Notes: generated by a model not told the origin, from the letters alone. A stretch of 45,751 nucleotides of DNA from a virus (IMGVR_UViG_3300048852_000125:1-45751); one strand, 5' to 3'. Shown: positions 25,420-35,820, numbered from the stretch's first letter. Numbers and translations: made by a program.

Positions 25420-26046
25420 ACCTTCATCAGCAAGGCCGAGTACGCCGCCCGCATCGGGGTGCACCGCTCCCAGATCAGCCGCTACGTCCAGGCCGGAATG
25501 CCCACCCATAACGGGTTGGTGGAGCCGGACGAGGCCGACCGGTGGCGCCAGACCAACCTCGACCCGACCAAGCCGAAGTCGAAGGTTCCGGCGCCAAGCG
25601 AACCGGAGCCTGCCGAGCCGAAGAAGCGGATAGGGGCATCATCGCCGCGATCAATGATCACAGCGCCTCCGGCTGAGGCCTCCACTGACCTCATCGCCGC
25701 CCGTGCCCGAGACGCCCATTACTCGGCCGAGCTGCGGCGGCGCAAGCTGCTGGAATTCGACCGCGAGCACATCAGCCGCGCCGAGGTGGAAGCTGCCTGG
25801 GATGCCGCCAACGGGATGTATCGGCAGGGGCTGGAGGGCATCGCCGGGCGCACCGCCTCGATCATCGCCGGCCTGACCGGCGGAGAGGCCGCGCGCATCG
25901 AGGAAATCATCCGTGACGAACACCGAGCCGTCCTCTCTGCCGTCGCCGACCTCTTCGACAAGGCCGCTGTCCTCGCCGAAGCTGGCGGCGCTCTTCCGCA
26001 GGGCGGCGAAGACGGTGCGCCCGCCGAAGAAGCGCCACACGGATGA
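25405..26046 (+). CDS. Terminase small subunit
   Basis: N-terminal HTH SKAEYAARIGVHRSQISRYV..GMP, then coiled coil; overlaps terL. Confidence 0.8.
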   Translation: MAGRNTFISKAEYAARIGVHRSQISRYVQAGMPTHNGLVEPDEADRWRQTNLDPTKPKSKVPAPSEPEPAEPKKRIGASSPRSMITAPPAEASTDLIAARARDAHYSAELRRRKLLEFDREHISRAEVEAAWDAANGMYRQGLEGIAGRTASIIAGLTGGEAARIEEIIRDEHRAVLSAVADLFDKAAVLAEAGGALPQGGEDGAPAEEAPHG

Positions 26047-27907
26047 ATGGGCGGCGGAGAACGTCGTTCTTCCGCCGAAGTCGGCAGAGCCAGGAAAATA
26101 CCGGCCGCAGCGCGTGCCCTACATGGTTCCGATCCAACGCGCCTTCGACGATCCCCGCTGGCGCATGATCGTGTTCGTCATGGGCTCGCAGATGACCAAA
26201 AGCACGGGCGTGCTCAACGTCATCGGCAAGCGGATGGACGACGCCCCGGTGCCGATCATCTACTTCGGCCCGAGCCGGAACTTCGTGGAGAACACGATCG
26301 AGCCGCGGCTGACGGAGATGCTGAAAAGCTCAACGTCGCTCTCGGCAAAGACCCAATGGGGGAAGAAGAACCGCAAGACGCTCAAGATCGTCTCCGGCGC
26401 CGAGATCCGGCTGGGCTGGGCGGGATCGGCGGCCGAGCTTGCCGGTCAGCCGGCGGGTCTCGTCATCGTCGACGAACGCGACCGCATGGACGGGGACATC
26501 AAGGGCGAAGGCGATCCGGTGGAACTGGCCCGCGCCCGCGGTGAGACCTATCCCGGCTTCTGCATCGGCGTCACCTCCACGCCGCTGATCGGCAACGTCG
26601 AGGCGGAGCGGCACCCGGACAGCGGGCTGTGGCACTGGAAGGTCGCCGATCCCGAGGACATCGACAGCGCCACCTGGAAGCTGTGGCAAGAGGGGACCCG
26701 GCACGAGTGGGCATGGCCCTGCCCGCACTGCGGCGAGTTCTTCATCCCGCGCTTCTCGGTCTTGCGGTTCGACAGCACCTCGCCGGCCACGGCATCGCGG
26801 ACAGCGCATCTGGAATGCTTGGACTGCGGCATGAAGATCTTCGACCACTCCAAGGCGGAGATGAACGCCCGCGCCGTGTTCGTCGCTCCCGGCCAGCGGG
26901 TGGCGCCGGACGGAACCGTGAGCGGGCCGGATTTGACCGGCGATACCATCAGCTTCTGGGTCAGCGGTCTCGCTTCCCCGTTCGTATCCTTTGGCAGTCG
27001 TGCCGCCGACTATGTGCGGGCGGTGCGCTCCGGGGACACGGAGCGCCTGCAGACGGTGGTGAACACCCGCCTCGGGGAGCTCTTCCGCAACGCGTCCGGC
27101 GGACAGGCCCGCGCCTGGGAGCAGATAGCCGCCCTGGCGCAGGCCTACGAGACCGGAGAGGTGCCCTATGGCGTCCAGCGCATCGCGCTGACCGTCGACG
27201 TGCAGAAATACGGCCTCTATGTCGTCGCGCGGGGCTGGGGCGCCCGGTACGAAAGCTGGCTGCTGCGGGCGGCTTTCCTGCCGGGAGAGACCGAGCGCCC
27301 GGAGGTCTGGAACGACCTAGCGGAACTGATCGACGGCGGCATCGACGGCGAGCCGTTCAACATCGTTCTAATCGATTCCGGCTACCGGCCGGGCGACAAG
27401 TGGCGGCGCCCGACCAACGCCATCTACGACTTCTGCCGTCGCTATCCCGTCAGCAAAGTCCGGGCGATCAAGGGTCACGACCACCTGCCGACGCCGATCA
27501 AGACGGCGCAGGCGGCGGTCGACGCCAAGGGCAAGGCGGCGAAGTGGGCGGGCATCATGCTCCATCACCTCGACAGCGACTTCTTCAAGTCGTGGGTGAT
27601 GGCGCGCATCGACTGGCCGGCGGGCGAGCCCGGCGGCTGGCATGTGCCGTCCGACGTCACCGAGGCCTACTGCCGGCAGGTCGTCGCCGAAACCCGGGTT
27701 GTGAAGCCCAGCGGCGCGGCGGTCTGGGTCCGGCAGAACAAGGACAACCACTACCTCGACGCCGAGATGATGCAGGCCGCGGCGGCGGAGCTGATGCAGG
27801 TCCATTCGCTCCGCCCTCCGCCGCCCGCGTCCGACGGCAAGACCGCATCGACCGGCTACAGCCTGCCGATGCCCAAGGCGACCTACGCCGACGATCCACA
27901 CCTGTGA
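25913..27907 (+). CDS. Terminase large subunit, lambda GpA family
   Basis: WA.E...PG......PYM, SQMTKS, IVDERD, TSTP, PCPHCG, LTVDVQ, IDSGY, NHYLD. Confidence 0.93.
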   Translation: MTNTEPSSLPSPTSSTRPLSSPKLAALFRRAAKTVRPPKKRHTDEWAAENVVLPPKSAEPGKYRPQRVPYMVPIQRAFDDPRWRMIVFVMGSQMTKSTGVLNVIGKRMDDAPVPIIYFGPSRNFVENTIEPRLTEMLKSSTSLSAKTQWGKKNRKTLKIVSGAEIRLGWAGSAAELAGQPAGLVIVDERDRMDGDIKGEGDPVELARARGETYPGFCIGVTSTPLIGNVEAERHPDSGLWHWKVADPEDIDSATWKLWQEGTRHEWAWPCPHCGEFFIPRFSVLRFDSTSPATASRTAHLECLDCGMKIFDHSKAEMNARAVFVAPGQRVAPDGTVSGPDLTGDTISFWVSGLASPFVSFGSRAADYVRAVRSGDTERLQTVVNTRLGELFRNASGGQARAWEQIAALAQAYETGEVPYGVQRIALTVDVQKYGLYVVARGWGARYESWLLRAAFLPGETERPEVWNDLAELIDGGIDGEPFNIVLIDSGYRPGDKWRRPTNAIYDFCRRYPVSKVRAIKGHDHLPTPIKTAQAAVDAKGKAAKWAGIMLHHLDSDFFKSWVMARIDWPAGEPGGWHVPSDVTEAYCRQVVAETRVVKPSGAAVWVRQNKDNHYLDAEMMQAAAAELMQVHSLRPPPPASDGKTASTGYSLPMPKATYADDPHL

Positions 27908-27916
27908 GGACACCCC

Positions 27917-28138
27917 ATGGCCGACCTCGCCACGCTCCGGACTCGGCTCGCCGAGGCCGAGGACGCCCTGCATCGCCTGCACATGGGGGAGATGGAGGTG
28001 CGCGTCGCCACCGGCAGCAAGGCCGTCGAGTTCGGCCCGGCCGATGCCGGGAAGCTGGAGCGCTACATCGTCACGCTGCGCAGCGAGATCGACCGCCTCT
28101 CCGGCGCCCGTCGCGGCCCGATCTTGATGAGCTTCTGA
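27917..28138 (+). CDS. gpW-like head-tail joining protein
   Basis: L.EAEDALHRL..G...V.V......VEF..AD...L..YI..L...RRGP; between terL and portal. Confidence 0.85.
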   Translation: MADLATLRTRLAEAEDALHRLHMGEMEVRVATGSKAVEFGPADAGKLERYIVTLRSEIDRLSGARRGPILMSF

Positions 28139-29694
28139 TGACCGGCTTCATGATCACCGACCGCTACGGCAATGAGGTGCCGCCGCCCCGCCGGGCTGCG
28201 GCCGATACCTCCTATGCCGGCGCCTCCATGACGGCGCGCGAGCTGGCGTCCTGGCAAGTGCTGCCGACGTCCGCCGATGCCGAGCTGCTGCCCGAACTCG
28301 GCACCCTGGTGGCGCGCTCCCGCGACCTGGCGCGCAACAACGGCATTGCCGCTGGCGGCATCCAGTCCATCCTTGACAACGTCGTCGGCACCGGCCTGCG
28401 CCTGTCCGCCACGCCCGACTACCGGGCGCTCGCCCGGGACAAGGCCTGGGCCGACGAGTGGAGCGAGGTGGTGGAGGCGAAGTGGCGCACCTGGGCGGAG
28501 ACTACCAACTGCGACGCCGCCCGCACGCTCAATTTCGCCGGCCTGACCATGCAGGTGTTCCGCGGCGGTCTGCTGAACGGCGAGGGGCTGGCCCTGCCGC
28601 TGTGGCTGCCGAGCCGCGACCGGACCTATGCAACCTGCCTGCAGGTGGTGGAGGCCGACCGCCTCTCCAATCCGCTGGGCCAGCAGGACACCGCCACCCT
28701 GCGCGGCGGCATCGAGCTCGACCGCTACGGGGCGCCGCTCGCCTACCATGTCCGCAACAGCCACCCCGGCGACCTGCTGAGCTGGACGCCGGACCTCTAC
28801 CAGTGGACGCGGGTTCCGGCCTTCACCTACTGGGGCCGGCGCCAGGCCATCCACATCCATGACCGCGAGCGAACGGGACAGAATCGCGGCAAGCCGCTGC
28901 TGAGCGCGGTGCTGCCGCAGTTCAAGATGCTGGACACCTACAGCGGCGCCGAGCTGAAGGCGGCGATCGTCAACGCGATGATCGCCGCCTTCGTGAAGAG
29001 CAGCATGCCGGCCGAAGCCATCGCCGGGCTTTTTGGTTCGCCCGAGAAATACCTCGATGCCCGATCCGGGCACACCGTGCGTCTTCAGGGCGGCGCCGTC
29101 CTGCCGCTGTTTCCCGGCGACGAGGTGCAGCCCTTCGCCCCGGCCCGGCCGGCGACCGCGTTCGATGCCTTCACCAAGTCGGTGCTGCGCCACATCGCCG
29201 CCGGCCTGAACATCCCCTACGAGCTGCTGCTGAAGGACTTCAGCCAGACCAACTACTCCAGCGCCCGGGCGGCTTTGCTGGAAGCGTGGCGGTTCTTCAA
29301 CGGCCGCCGGCAGTGGCTGGCCACCTACTGGGCCTCCCCCGTCTACGAGCTCTGGCTGGAAGAGGCGGTGAACCTTGGTGAGGTCGAGGCGCCGGACTTC
29401 TACCAGAACCGCTACGCCTACAGCCGCTGCCGCTGGATCGGTGCCGGCAAGGGCTGGGTCGATCCGGTGAAGGAGGCCCAGGCGGCCGAGCTGCGCATGA
29501 AGATCGGCGTCTCCACCCTTGAAGACGAGTGCGCCGAGCAGGGCAAGGACTGGCGCGAAGTGGCCGAGCAGCGCGCCAGCGAGGCGAAGTTCCTTCGCCG
29601 GCATGGCCTGCCGCTGCCTTGGGAGCAGGCGGCGCAGATCGGACACAACGGCGGCCCGCCGCTGGACGAAGAGCAACCTGGAGACCAGCCATGA
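28138..29694 (+). CDS. Portal protein, lambda family
   Basis: ARSRDLARNN, NVVGTG, GIELD.YG, GQ.RG.P, YELL..DFSQTNYSSARA, WVDPVKE. Confidence 0.95.
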   Translation: MTGFMITDRYGNEVPPPRRAAADTSYAGASMTARELASWQVLPTSADAELLPELGTLVARSRDLARNNGIAAGGIQSILDNVVGTGLRLSATPDYRALARDKAWADEWSEVVEAKWRTWAETTNCDAARTLNFAGLTMQVFRGGLLNGEGLALPLWLPSRDRTYATCLQVVEADRLSNPLGQQDTATLRGGIELDRYGAPLAYHVRNSHPGDLLSWTPDLYQWTRVPAFTYWGRRQAIHIHDRERTGQNRGKPLLSAVLPQFKMLDTYSGAELKAAIVNAMIAAFVKSSMPAEAIAGLFGSPEKYLDARSGHTVRLQGGAVLPLFPGDEVQPFAPARPATAFDAFTKSVLRHIAAGLNIPYELLLKDFSQTNYSSARAALLEAWRFFNGRRQWLATYWASPVYELWLEEAVNLGEVEAPDFYQNRYAYSRCRWIGAGKGWVDPVKEAQAAELRMKIGVSTLEDECAEQGKDWREVAEQRASEAKFLRRHGLPLPWEQAAQIGHNGGPPLDEEQPGDQP

Positions 29695-30545
29695 TCCTGC
29701 TGCCGGAACCCGGGCCCGCGCTGCTGGCGCCGTCGTGGGTGCAGCGCTGCGCCTCGGTGGTCGGGCATGACACCCCACCACCGAAGGGCGCCATCTACAT
29801 CGACGACGTCGGCAGCGTCGGCCGGCCCTATGACGTCGTGGACGGCGTGGCGCTGATCGGCGTCAACGGCATGATCGTGCCGTCCTTCTGGTACATCGGC
29901 TCCAGCTATGTGACCGGCTGCAATTGCCTGCGCCTGCAGCTCGCCATGGCCTTCGACGATCCGCAGGTCCGCGCCATCGCCCTGGTGGTGAACAGCGGCG
30001 GCGGGTTGGTCTCCGGTGTCGCCGATCTAGCCGACTGGATTGTCGAGGCCAGGGCGGCGGCCGGCAAGCTGGTCGTGTCGATCCTCGCTGAGTTCGCCTA
30101 CTCGGCCGCCTATTGGCTGGCGAGCGCCGCCGACAGCATCAGCGTGCCGCGCACCGGCGGCGTCGGCTCCATCGGCGTGATCATGGTGCATTGGGATCTC
30201 AGCGCCGCCCTGGCCGAGGCCGGCATCAAGGCGACGGTGATCAAGGCCGGCGCCCGCAAGGCGGACGGCAACGCCTATGAGCCGCTGCCCAACGACGTGC
30301 AGGAGCGCTGGACCGCCGAGTGCGAGGACCTGCGCCGCCTCTTCGCCGGCTCCGTCGCCGTCAATCGCGCCGCTGCCGGCGCAACCCTCGACCTCGACGC
30401 CGTGCTGGCATCGGAGGCCCGCACCTGGGAGGGCCCGGCCGGCACGGCCGAGGCGGTCGCCCAGGGCTTCGCCGACATCGTCCTGGCGCCGGACAAGGCG
30501 CTCCAGGCGCTGATCGATCACCTCAACGCCCAAAGGAGCGTGTGA
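29691..30545 (+). CDS. S49 head maturation protease
   Basis: NSGGG.VSG, AYSAAYWLAS, GSIGV, AG.RKADGN.YEPL. Confidence 0.92.
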   Translation: MILLPEPGPALLAPSWVQRCASVVGHDTPPPKGAIYIDDVGSVGRPYDVVDGVALIGVNGMIVPSFWYIGSSYVTGCNCLRLQLAMAFDDPQVRAIALVVNSGGGLVSGVADLADWIVEARAAAGKLVVSILAEFAYSAAYWLASAADSISVPRTGGVGSIGVIMVHWDLSAALAEAGIKATVIKAGARKADGNAYEPLPNDVQERWTAECEDLRRLFAGSVAVNRAAAGATLDLDAVLASEARTWEGPAGTAEAVAQGFADIVLAPDKALQALIDHLNAQRSV

Positions 30546-30548
30546 CCC

Positions 30549-31055
30549 ATGAAGTTCAATTTCGCCCATCTCGGCTTTGGCCGCACGGCGGCGGCGGTGC
30601 CGGCGGTTCCGGCCGCGACGCAGCCGCCGCAGGCCGCCGGAACCCAGCCCCCGGCCCAGGCTCCTACCCCGGCGGCGCAGGGCGCCGCTCCGGCTCAGGC
30701 TGCAACCAGCGCCGAAACCCCGGCACCCGCCGCCCCAGCCGCTTCGGTCGATGCCGTGGCCCAGGCCCGGCAGGACGAGCGCACCCGCTGTGCCTCCATC
30801 TTCGCCGCGCCTGAGGCGGAAGGTCGCGTTCAGCTCGCCGCCCAGTTGGCCTTCACCACCGACCTGAGCGCCGAGCAGGCCGTCGGCATCCTGAGGGCCT
30901 CGCCGGCTGCGACCGCGCCGGTCGCCGCTCCGGCCAACCCCTTCGCCGCCGCCATGGGCTCCGTCCCCAACCCGCAGGTCGGCGCCGATGCCGAAGCGGG
31001 CACCGGTGACGATGCCCAGGCGCTCGTCGCCCAGATCCTGAAGGCTGGCGCGTAA
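30549..31055 (+). CDS. Scaffolding protein (Nu3-like)
   Basis: Ala/Pro-rich, ER.RC..I....EAEGR..LA..LA....S.EQA..IL; same frame as the protease; AAGGAG RBS. Confidence 0.75.
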   Translation: MKFNFAHLGFGRTAAAVPAVPAATQPPQAAGTQPPAQAPTPAAQGAAPAQAATSAETPAPAAPAASVDAVAQARQDERTRCASIFAAPEAEGRVQLAAQLAFTTDLSAEQAVGILRASPAATAPVAAPANPFAAAMGSVPNPQVGADAEAGTGDDAQALVAQILKAGA

Positions 31056-31092
31056 CGCCCTGCCTTCTACCGCACAGCAGGAGACCGACCCC

Positions 31093-31455
31093 ATGCCCGT
31101 CTACCAGCCCGGTGTGACCACCGAGACCTACAGCCCCGACCACCTGGTCGCCGGCGACTTCCCGCGCGCCACCCGCAGCGTGACGCTCGTCACCGGGCAG
31201 AACCTCCCCCGCGGCGCCGTGCTCGGCAAGATCACCGCATCCGGCAAGTACACGCTGAGCCTGTCGGCCACAAGCGACGGCAGCCAGACCCCGTCCGCCA
31301 TCCTGGTGGATGCCTGCGATGCCAGCGCCGCCGACCAGACCGTCGGCATCTTTGAAACCGGAGAGTTCCTGGGCAGCGCGCTGACCCTGGGCACCGGGCA
31401 CACGCTGGCGTCCATTCGCGACGCCCTGCGCGACGTCAGCATCTTCATCCGCTGA
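31093..31455 (+). CDS. Head decoration protein (gpD-like)
   Basis: GQNL.RGAVLGKITASGKY......DGSQ.P.AIL. Confidence 0.88.
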   Translation: MPVYQPGVTTETYSPDHLVAGDFPRATRSVTLVTGQNLPRGAVLGKITASGKYTLSLSATSDGSQTPSAILVDACDASAADQTVGIFETGEFLGSALTLGTGHTLASIRDALRDVSIFIR

Positions 31456-31514
31456 CCGCTTCCATCCGCTGATTTCGCTGGCGCTCCGCCGCCACGCTCA
31501 TAGGAACGAGCCCC

Positions 31515-32537
31515 ATGAACATCTACGATACCGCCGTCCTCAACGGCGTGGTGCAGAGCCTGAAGCGTCCCAAAGCCTTCCTGCTCAACACCGTCTTCGG
31601 CACTGTGCAGACCGAGACGGCCGAGCAGATCGCTGTCGACATCGAGATCGGCAACCGCAAGGTCGCTCCCTTCGTCTCGCCGCTCGTGGCCGGCAAGGTC
31701 CAGTCGCAGGACGGCTACAGCACCCGCCTCTACAAGCCGGCCTACATCAAGCCCAAAGCGGTGGTCGATCCCAACCGCTCGTTCAAGCGCCAAGCGGGCG
31801 AGCAGCTCACCGGCACGCTAAACCCGATGCAGCGCCTGATGGCGACGGTGCGCTCGATCCTGGAGGACCATGTCAGCCAGATCACCCGCCGCCTGGAGAT
31901 CATGGCCGCCGAAGCCCTGCGCCTCGGTCAGGTGACGGTGACCGGTGAGGGCTTCCCCACCCAGGTGGTCAGCTTCGGCCGCGCGTCGGCCCTGTCCATC
32001 GCCCTGACCGGCACCGACCGCTGGAGCGACGCCGGCAGCACGCCGGTCGACGACCTGGAGGAGTGGGCCGAACTGGTCCACAAGACTGAGGGTGCGGTCA
32101 TCACCACCATCGTGATGGACCCCGACGCCTGGAAGGCGTTCCGCAAGAACGCCCAGGTCGAGAAGCTGCTGGAGATCCGCCGCGCCGCCGGGACGCCGGT
32201 GGAACTTGGCCCCTCCACCTATGTGGCGGGCGCCCAATAGAAGGGCTCGATCGGCTCCTTCGACATCTGGGTCTACAGCGAATACTACGACCATCCCGAT
32301 ACCGGCGTCGTGACGCCGCTGCTGCCGAGCGGCACCGTCCTGGGCTTCGGTCCCAACGTCGAAGGCGTGCAGGCCTTCGGCGCCATCCGCGACGAAGCCG
32401 CCGGCCTGCAGGCGATGGAGATCTTCTCCAAGAGCTGGGTGCAGGAAGACCCGAGCGCCCGCTTCGTCATGAGCCAGTCGGCGCCGCTGGTCTACCCGCG
32501 CCGCCCGAACGGCTCCTTCGCCGCCGCCGTGCTGTAA
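31515..32537 (+). pseudogene. Major capsid protein (gpE family) with in-frame TAG at 32238-32240
   Basis: VAPFVSPLV.G, KPAYIKPK; reading continues GAQ*KGSIGSFDIWVY...SKSW..EDPS...MSQSAPL in the same frame. Confidence 0.88.
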
Positions 32538-32548
32538 GGGGAACCGCG

Positions 32549-32716
32549 ATGAAGATCCGCACGCTCAACAGCGTCAAGTTCCAGCGCACGCTTCACCCGC
32601 CGGGTACCGAGCTGGACGTGCCCAACGATGTCGCCAAGCCGCTGCTGGAGGCCAAGAGCGCCGAAAAGGTGCTGGTGGAGCCGAAGGCGTCCGCCCCAGC
32701 CCCTGCCAAGGACTGA
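32549..32716 (+). CDS. Small gpFI-like protein
   Basis: 55 aa MKIRTLNSVK...PPG.ELDV....AK.LL; position after the capsid gene. Confidence 0.6.
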   Translation: MKIRTLNSVKFQRTLHPPGTELDVPNDVAKPLLEAKSAEKVLVEPKASAPAPAKD

Positions 32717-32763
32717 CGCTCCGGGGCGGCCTTCCGGCCGCCCTGACTTTGGAGGGCCCGACC

Positions 32764-33066
32764 ATGGCCGATCCGTTCCAGCGCATGCACGACAGCACCT
32801 TCCGCCGGCTGGGCGTGGATGCGGTCTATACCCCGCCCAGCGGCGCCCCCGTCAGCTGCCGGGCCATCTTCGTCCAGCCGGACGTCGACTGGCGCGGCAA
32901 CGAAGCGGGCGTCATCACCCCGTCGCGTATCGCCGAGGTTCGGGTGGCGGAGGTGGCGGAGATGAAGGAGAAGGGCCGGCTGGCCATCGGCGGGCAGAGC
33001 TTCACGGTCCAGAAGGCCAGCCGGCCGGACGCCGACCGGCTGCTCTGGCGGCTGGAGCTGCGCTGA
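32764..33066 (+). CDS. Head-tail joining protein (gpFII-like)
   Basis: F..LGVDA.Y.P..G..V.CR.I..QPD...D.DRLLW; GGAGG RBS. Confidence 0.75.
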   Translation: MADPFQRMHDSTFRRLGVDAVYTPPSGAPVSCRAIFVQPDVDWRGNEAGVITPSRIAEVRVAEVAEMKEKGRLAIGGQSFTVQKASRPDADRLLWRLELR

Positions 33067-33527
33067 TGCCGATCTCGATCCGCGAGCAAACACTCACCGC
33101 CTTCGAGGTGATGCTCCGCATGGTGGTGGCGGAGAACGTTCCTGGCACCATCACCCTGCATCGCGCTCGCCGGCAGCCGGTGCCCGATGAGGAGCTGCCG
33201 GCGCTGGTGATGCACGTCGCTCCGGTCTCGTCAGACCAGGAGTCGGCGGCGGTGGTACGCAACATCGAGCGCATCACCGTCACGGCTCTGGCGAGTGCCG
33301 ACACCGACGAAGACCTCGACCGGGCGCTCGTCGATCTCTGGGCGGCGCTCCAGCGCGCAGTCGAGGCCGATCCAACCCTCGGCGGTATCGCTGTGGACAT
33401 CAACCTGACCGACGCCGACCAGGGAGCGGCTGACGGTGAGGGGATAGGTGGCCGCGGCGACGTCTTCGCCGCCTATGCCGTCGAGTATTGGACCAAGCCC
33501 GGCGACCCCTACGCCCTGGCGCCCTGA
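33066..33527 (+). CDS. Tail terminator-like protein
   Basis: SIREQ.L...ELPAL...ADPTLGG...VEY.T..DP. Confidence 0.7.
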   Translation: MPISIREQTLTAFEVMLRMVVAENVPGTITLHRARRQPVPDEELPALVMHVAPVSSDQESAAVVRNIERITVTALASADTDEDLDRALVDLWAALQRAVEADPTLGGIAVDINLTDADQGAADGEGIGGRGDVFAAYAVEYWTKPGDPYALAP

Positions 33528-33552
33528 CCCTTCTTTCATCCGGAGAGCATCC

Positions 33553-33747
33553 ATGAACATCCCGGCCCATCGGGCGGCGGCGGTGGCGCCGACTCCCGCC
33601 CACAGCTTCGAGCTTCGCGACGGCGATCAGCTCATCAACCTGACCGAGGAGGAGCGCAAGGCAGCCGAAGCCGCCGCCTCTCCGGTGACCGTCACCAAGG
33701 GCCGCCGGCCCGCCAGCGAGGCGCCGACCGCGCCCGTGGCCGAGTAA
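33553..33747 (+). CDS. Small hypothetical protein
   Basis: GGAG RBS; fills the gap before the tail tube gene. Confidence 0.5.
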   Translation: MNIPAHRAAAVAPTPAHSFELRDGDQLINLTEEERKAAEAAASPVTVTKGRRPASEAPTAPVAE

Positions 33748-33759
33748 GGAGTTTCCGCC

Positions 33760-34914
33760 ATGGCCCTGCGCTCCCGCAATGCCGCCCTCCTGGCGAAGAT
33801 CGAGACCACCGAAGGCGCGGACGCCTCCCCGGTTGCCGGCACCGACGCTGTGCTGGTCGAGAACCCGCAGATCAGCTTCAACCCGAACACCGTCCAGACC
33901 AACGAGGTGACCGGCAGCCTGGATGGCCGCGGTCCGATCACTGGCGGCATGACGGTGCAGCTGACTTTCGACGTCCTGCTGAAGGGCTCGGGCGTCGCCG
34001 GCACCGCCCCGGAATGGGGCAAGCTGCTGAAGGCCTGCGGCTGGGCGGAGACCGTCACCTCCACCGCCGTGCCAGTTGCGGCCGAGGCCGCCACCGCCGG
34101 TACCACCACCAGCCTGACGCTCGGCGCCGGCGCCAGTGGCACCGCCCAGGCCTACCGTGGCATGCCGCTGCTGCTGACCGGCAACCCGGCGGCCGGCGCC
34201 ACCTCCTTCGTGGCGGACTACGCCGCTGGCAAGGTGGCGACGCTGGCCGACCAGTTCGGCGCGGCGCTGTCGACCGGCACCAGCTATCAGGTGCCGGTGA
34301 ATGTGCTCTACAAGCCGGCCTCGGTCGCCATCCCGTCCCTGACCTTCTACCTCTACCAGGACGGGGTGCTCTACAAGGTGGCGGGCTGCCGCGGCAACGC
34401 GACGCTGCGCCTGACCAGCGGCAACGTGGGCCGGATCAGCTTCACCTTCACCGGCATGTTCGTGTCCAAGGCGGATGCGGCGGTTCCGGCCGGACTGGTC
34501 TACGACGCCACCCGACCGCCGGTGTGGAAGGGCGGCAAGGCGCTGGTGAACCGCGTGGTTTCGGCCATGGCGTCGCTATCGATCGAGTTCGGCAACCAGA
34601 TGACGAACCCGGACAACCCGAACGCGGCCGAGGGTTTCGACCCCTCCATCATCACCGCCCGCAACATGACCGGCAGCTGCGACCCGCTGGAGACGCTGAT
34701 CGCCACCCGCGACAGCATGGCGGCGCTGCGGGCCGGGACTCAGCAGATCATCCACGCCAGCTATGGGCAGGCGGCCGGCAACCGGGTCGGCCTGACCATC
34801 CCGGCGGCTTTCTATACCAACCTGCAGCCGGGCGACCGCAATGGCCTGCTGACCAACACGCACCAGTTCGCCTGCACAGGTCAGGACGCCGGCGCCTTCA
34901 TCTGCCTCCATTGA
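33760..34914 (+). CDS. Major tail tube protein
   Basis: LLAKIETT.G.D..P...DAVLV, G.AGTAP.WG.LLKACG, GCRG, F.FTG; AAGGAG RBS. Confidence 0.8.
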   Translation: MALRSRNAALLAKIETTEGADASPVAGTDAVLVENPQISFNPNTVQTNEVTGSLDGRGPITGGMTVQLTFDVLLKGSGVAGTAPEWGKLLKACGWAETVTSTAVPVAAEAATAGTTTSLTLGAGASGTAQAYRGMPLLLTGNPAAGATSFVADYAAGKVATLADQFGAALSTGTSYQVPVNVLYKPASVAIPSLTFYLYQDGVLYKVAGCRGNATLRLTSGNVGRISFTFTGMFVSKADAAVPAGLVYDATRPPVWKGGKALVNRVVSAMASLSIEFGNQMTNPDNPNAAEGFDPSIITARNMTGSCDPLETLIATRDSMAALRAGTQQIIHASYGQAAGNRVGLTIPAAFYTNLQPGDRNGLLTNTHQFACTGQDAGAFICLH

Positions 34915-35043
34915 TCCCGAGCCCCCGGCCGGCACCGGGCAAGCCTGTCGGCTTCGGCCGACGGGGCGCTTTCGTGCGCCCGCGCGGGCGGAGATGTCGG
35001 CTCCGCCCGCACCCCAACCCCTCACCGACAGAGGAACACCCCC

Positions 35044-35820
35044 ATGCTCCCCATTTCTGCCAAGGACGTGGTCCGCTTCACCCCGCGCGTTGAACTGCTG
35101 AATTGGCTGCGCGCCCGCCTCGACGAGGCCACCGACGTCGAGCAGCACGAGGCGCTGGAGCGTCAGATCGGGAAGGTGCAGGACGAGATCGACGCGGCAC
35201 CGCAGCCGGTCTATCTGCTGGCCGTCGCCAGCCACCTGCAGCGCGCCGCCTTCCGCCGTGACCTGCTGACCACCGGCGCCACCTATGCCGGCGACGCCAC
35301 CCTCTACGCCGCCCTGCGCGAGGATCTTGAAGCGGTCGCTCCGGTCAACCTGCCGGAGCTTCTGGCCATCGTTGACGAGGTGGAGGCTGCCGGCAAGCCG
35401 GCGGATGCCGCGCCTGAGGTCCGCGACCGCTGGCCCGGCATCACCCGCGTTGCCCGGGCCCTGGGCGGCCGCTTCGCCGCCCTGGAGGGCGACCAGGAGT
35501 TCTATCTGTCGGTCGCGCCCATCGTGGCCTGCCGGCACTTCCTGCTCGGCTGGGAGAACTTCGACGCGCCTTTCACACGCCGTGGCAATCTCACCACCGA
35601 CGAGACGCTGGCCGCCCTGGAAGAGGGCGAGATGCAGGCGATCGGTTTCAAGGCGATGAACCTGATGCGCCCGAACAAGGCGCTGGAAAAAAACTCCGCA
35701 TCGCCGTCGCGGTCAGCCTCCAGCCCGAGGCCTTCCCGGACGGCGACGAGCAAGCGCCTGACGGCTCCGCTTGGCTCCTCTACGGAGAGCGCTTCGAGCG
35801 GACCCCCCGCCTCGGCCTGA
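35044..35820 (+). CDS. Tail assembly chaperone (gpG-like)
   Basis: Between tube and tape measure; L.GWEN motif; slippery site near the 3' end. Confidence 0.7.
   Translation: MLPISAKDVVRFTPRVELLNWLRARLDEATDVEQHEALERQIGKVQDEIDAAPQPVYLLAVASHLQRAAFRRDLLTTGATYAGDATLYAALREDLEAVAPVNLPELLAIVDEVEAAGKPADAAPEVRDRWPGITRVARALGGRFAALEGDQEFYLSVAPIVACRHFLLGWENFDAPFTRRGNLTTDETLAALEEGEMQAIGFKAMNLMRPNKALEKNSASPSRSASSPRPSRTATSKRLTAPLGSSTESASSGPPASA

Noticed and set aside
26629-28137. 1021-aa extended portal
   Set aside because: The upstream part is an Arg/Gly-rich alternative frame over terL and gpW; the portal starts at 28138
31515-32537. Phage-wide TAG recoding
   Set aside because: Many genes end properly at TAG (int, 2812, 12506, 21532, 43234); only one internal TAG was seen and no suppressor tRNA is present
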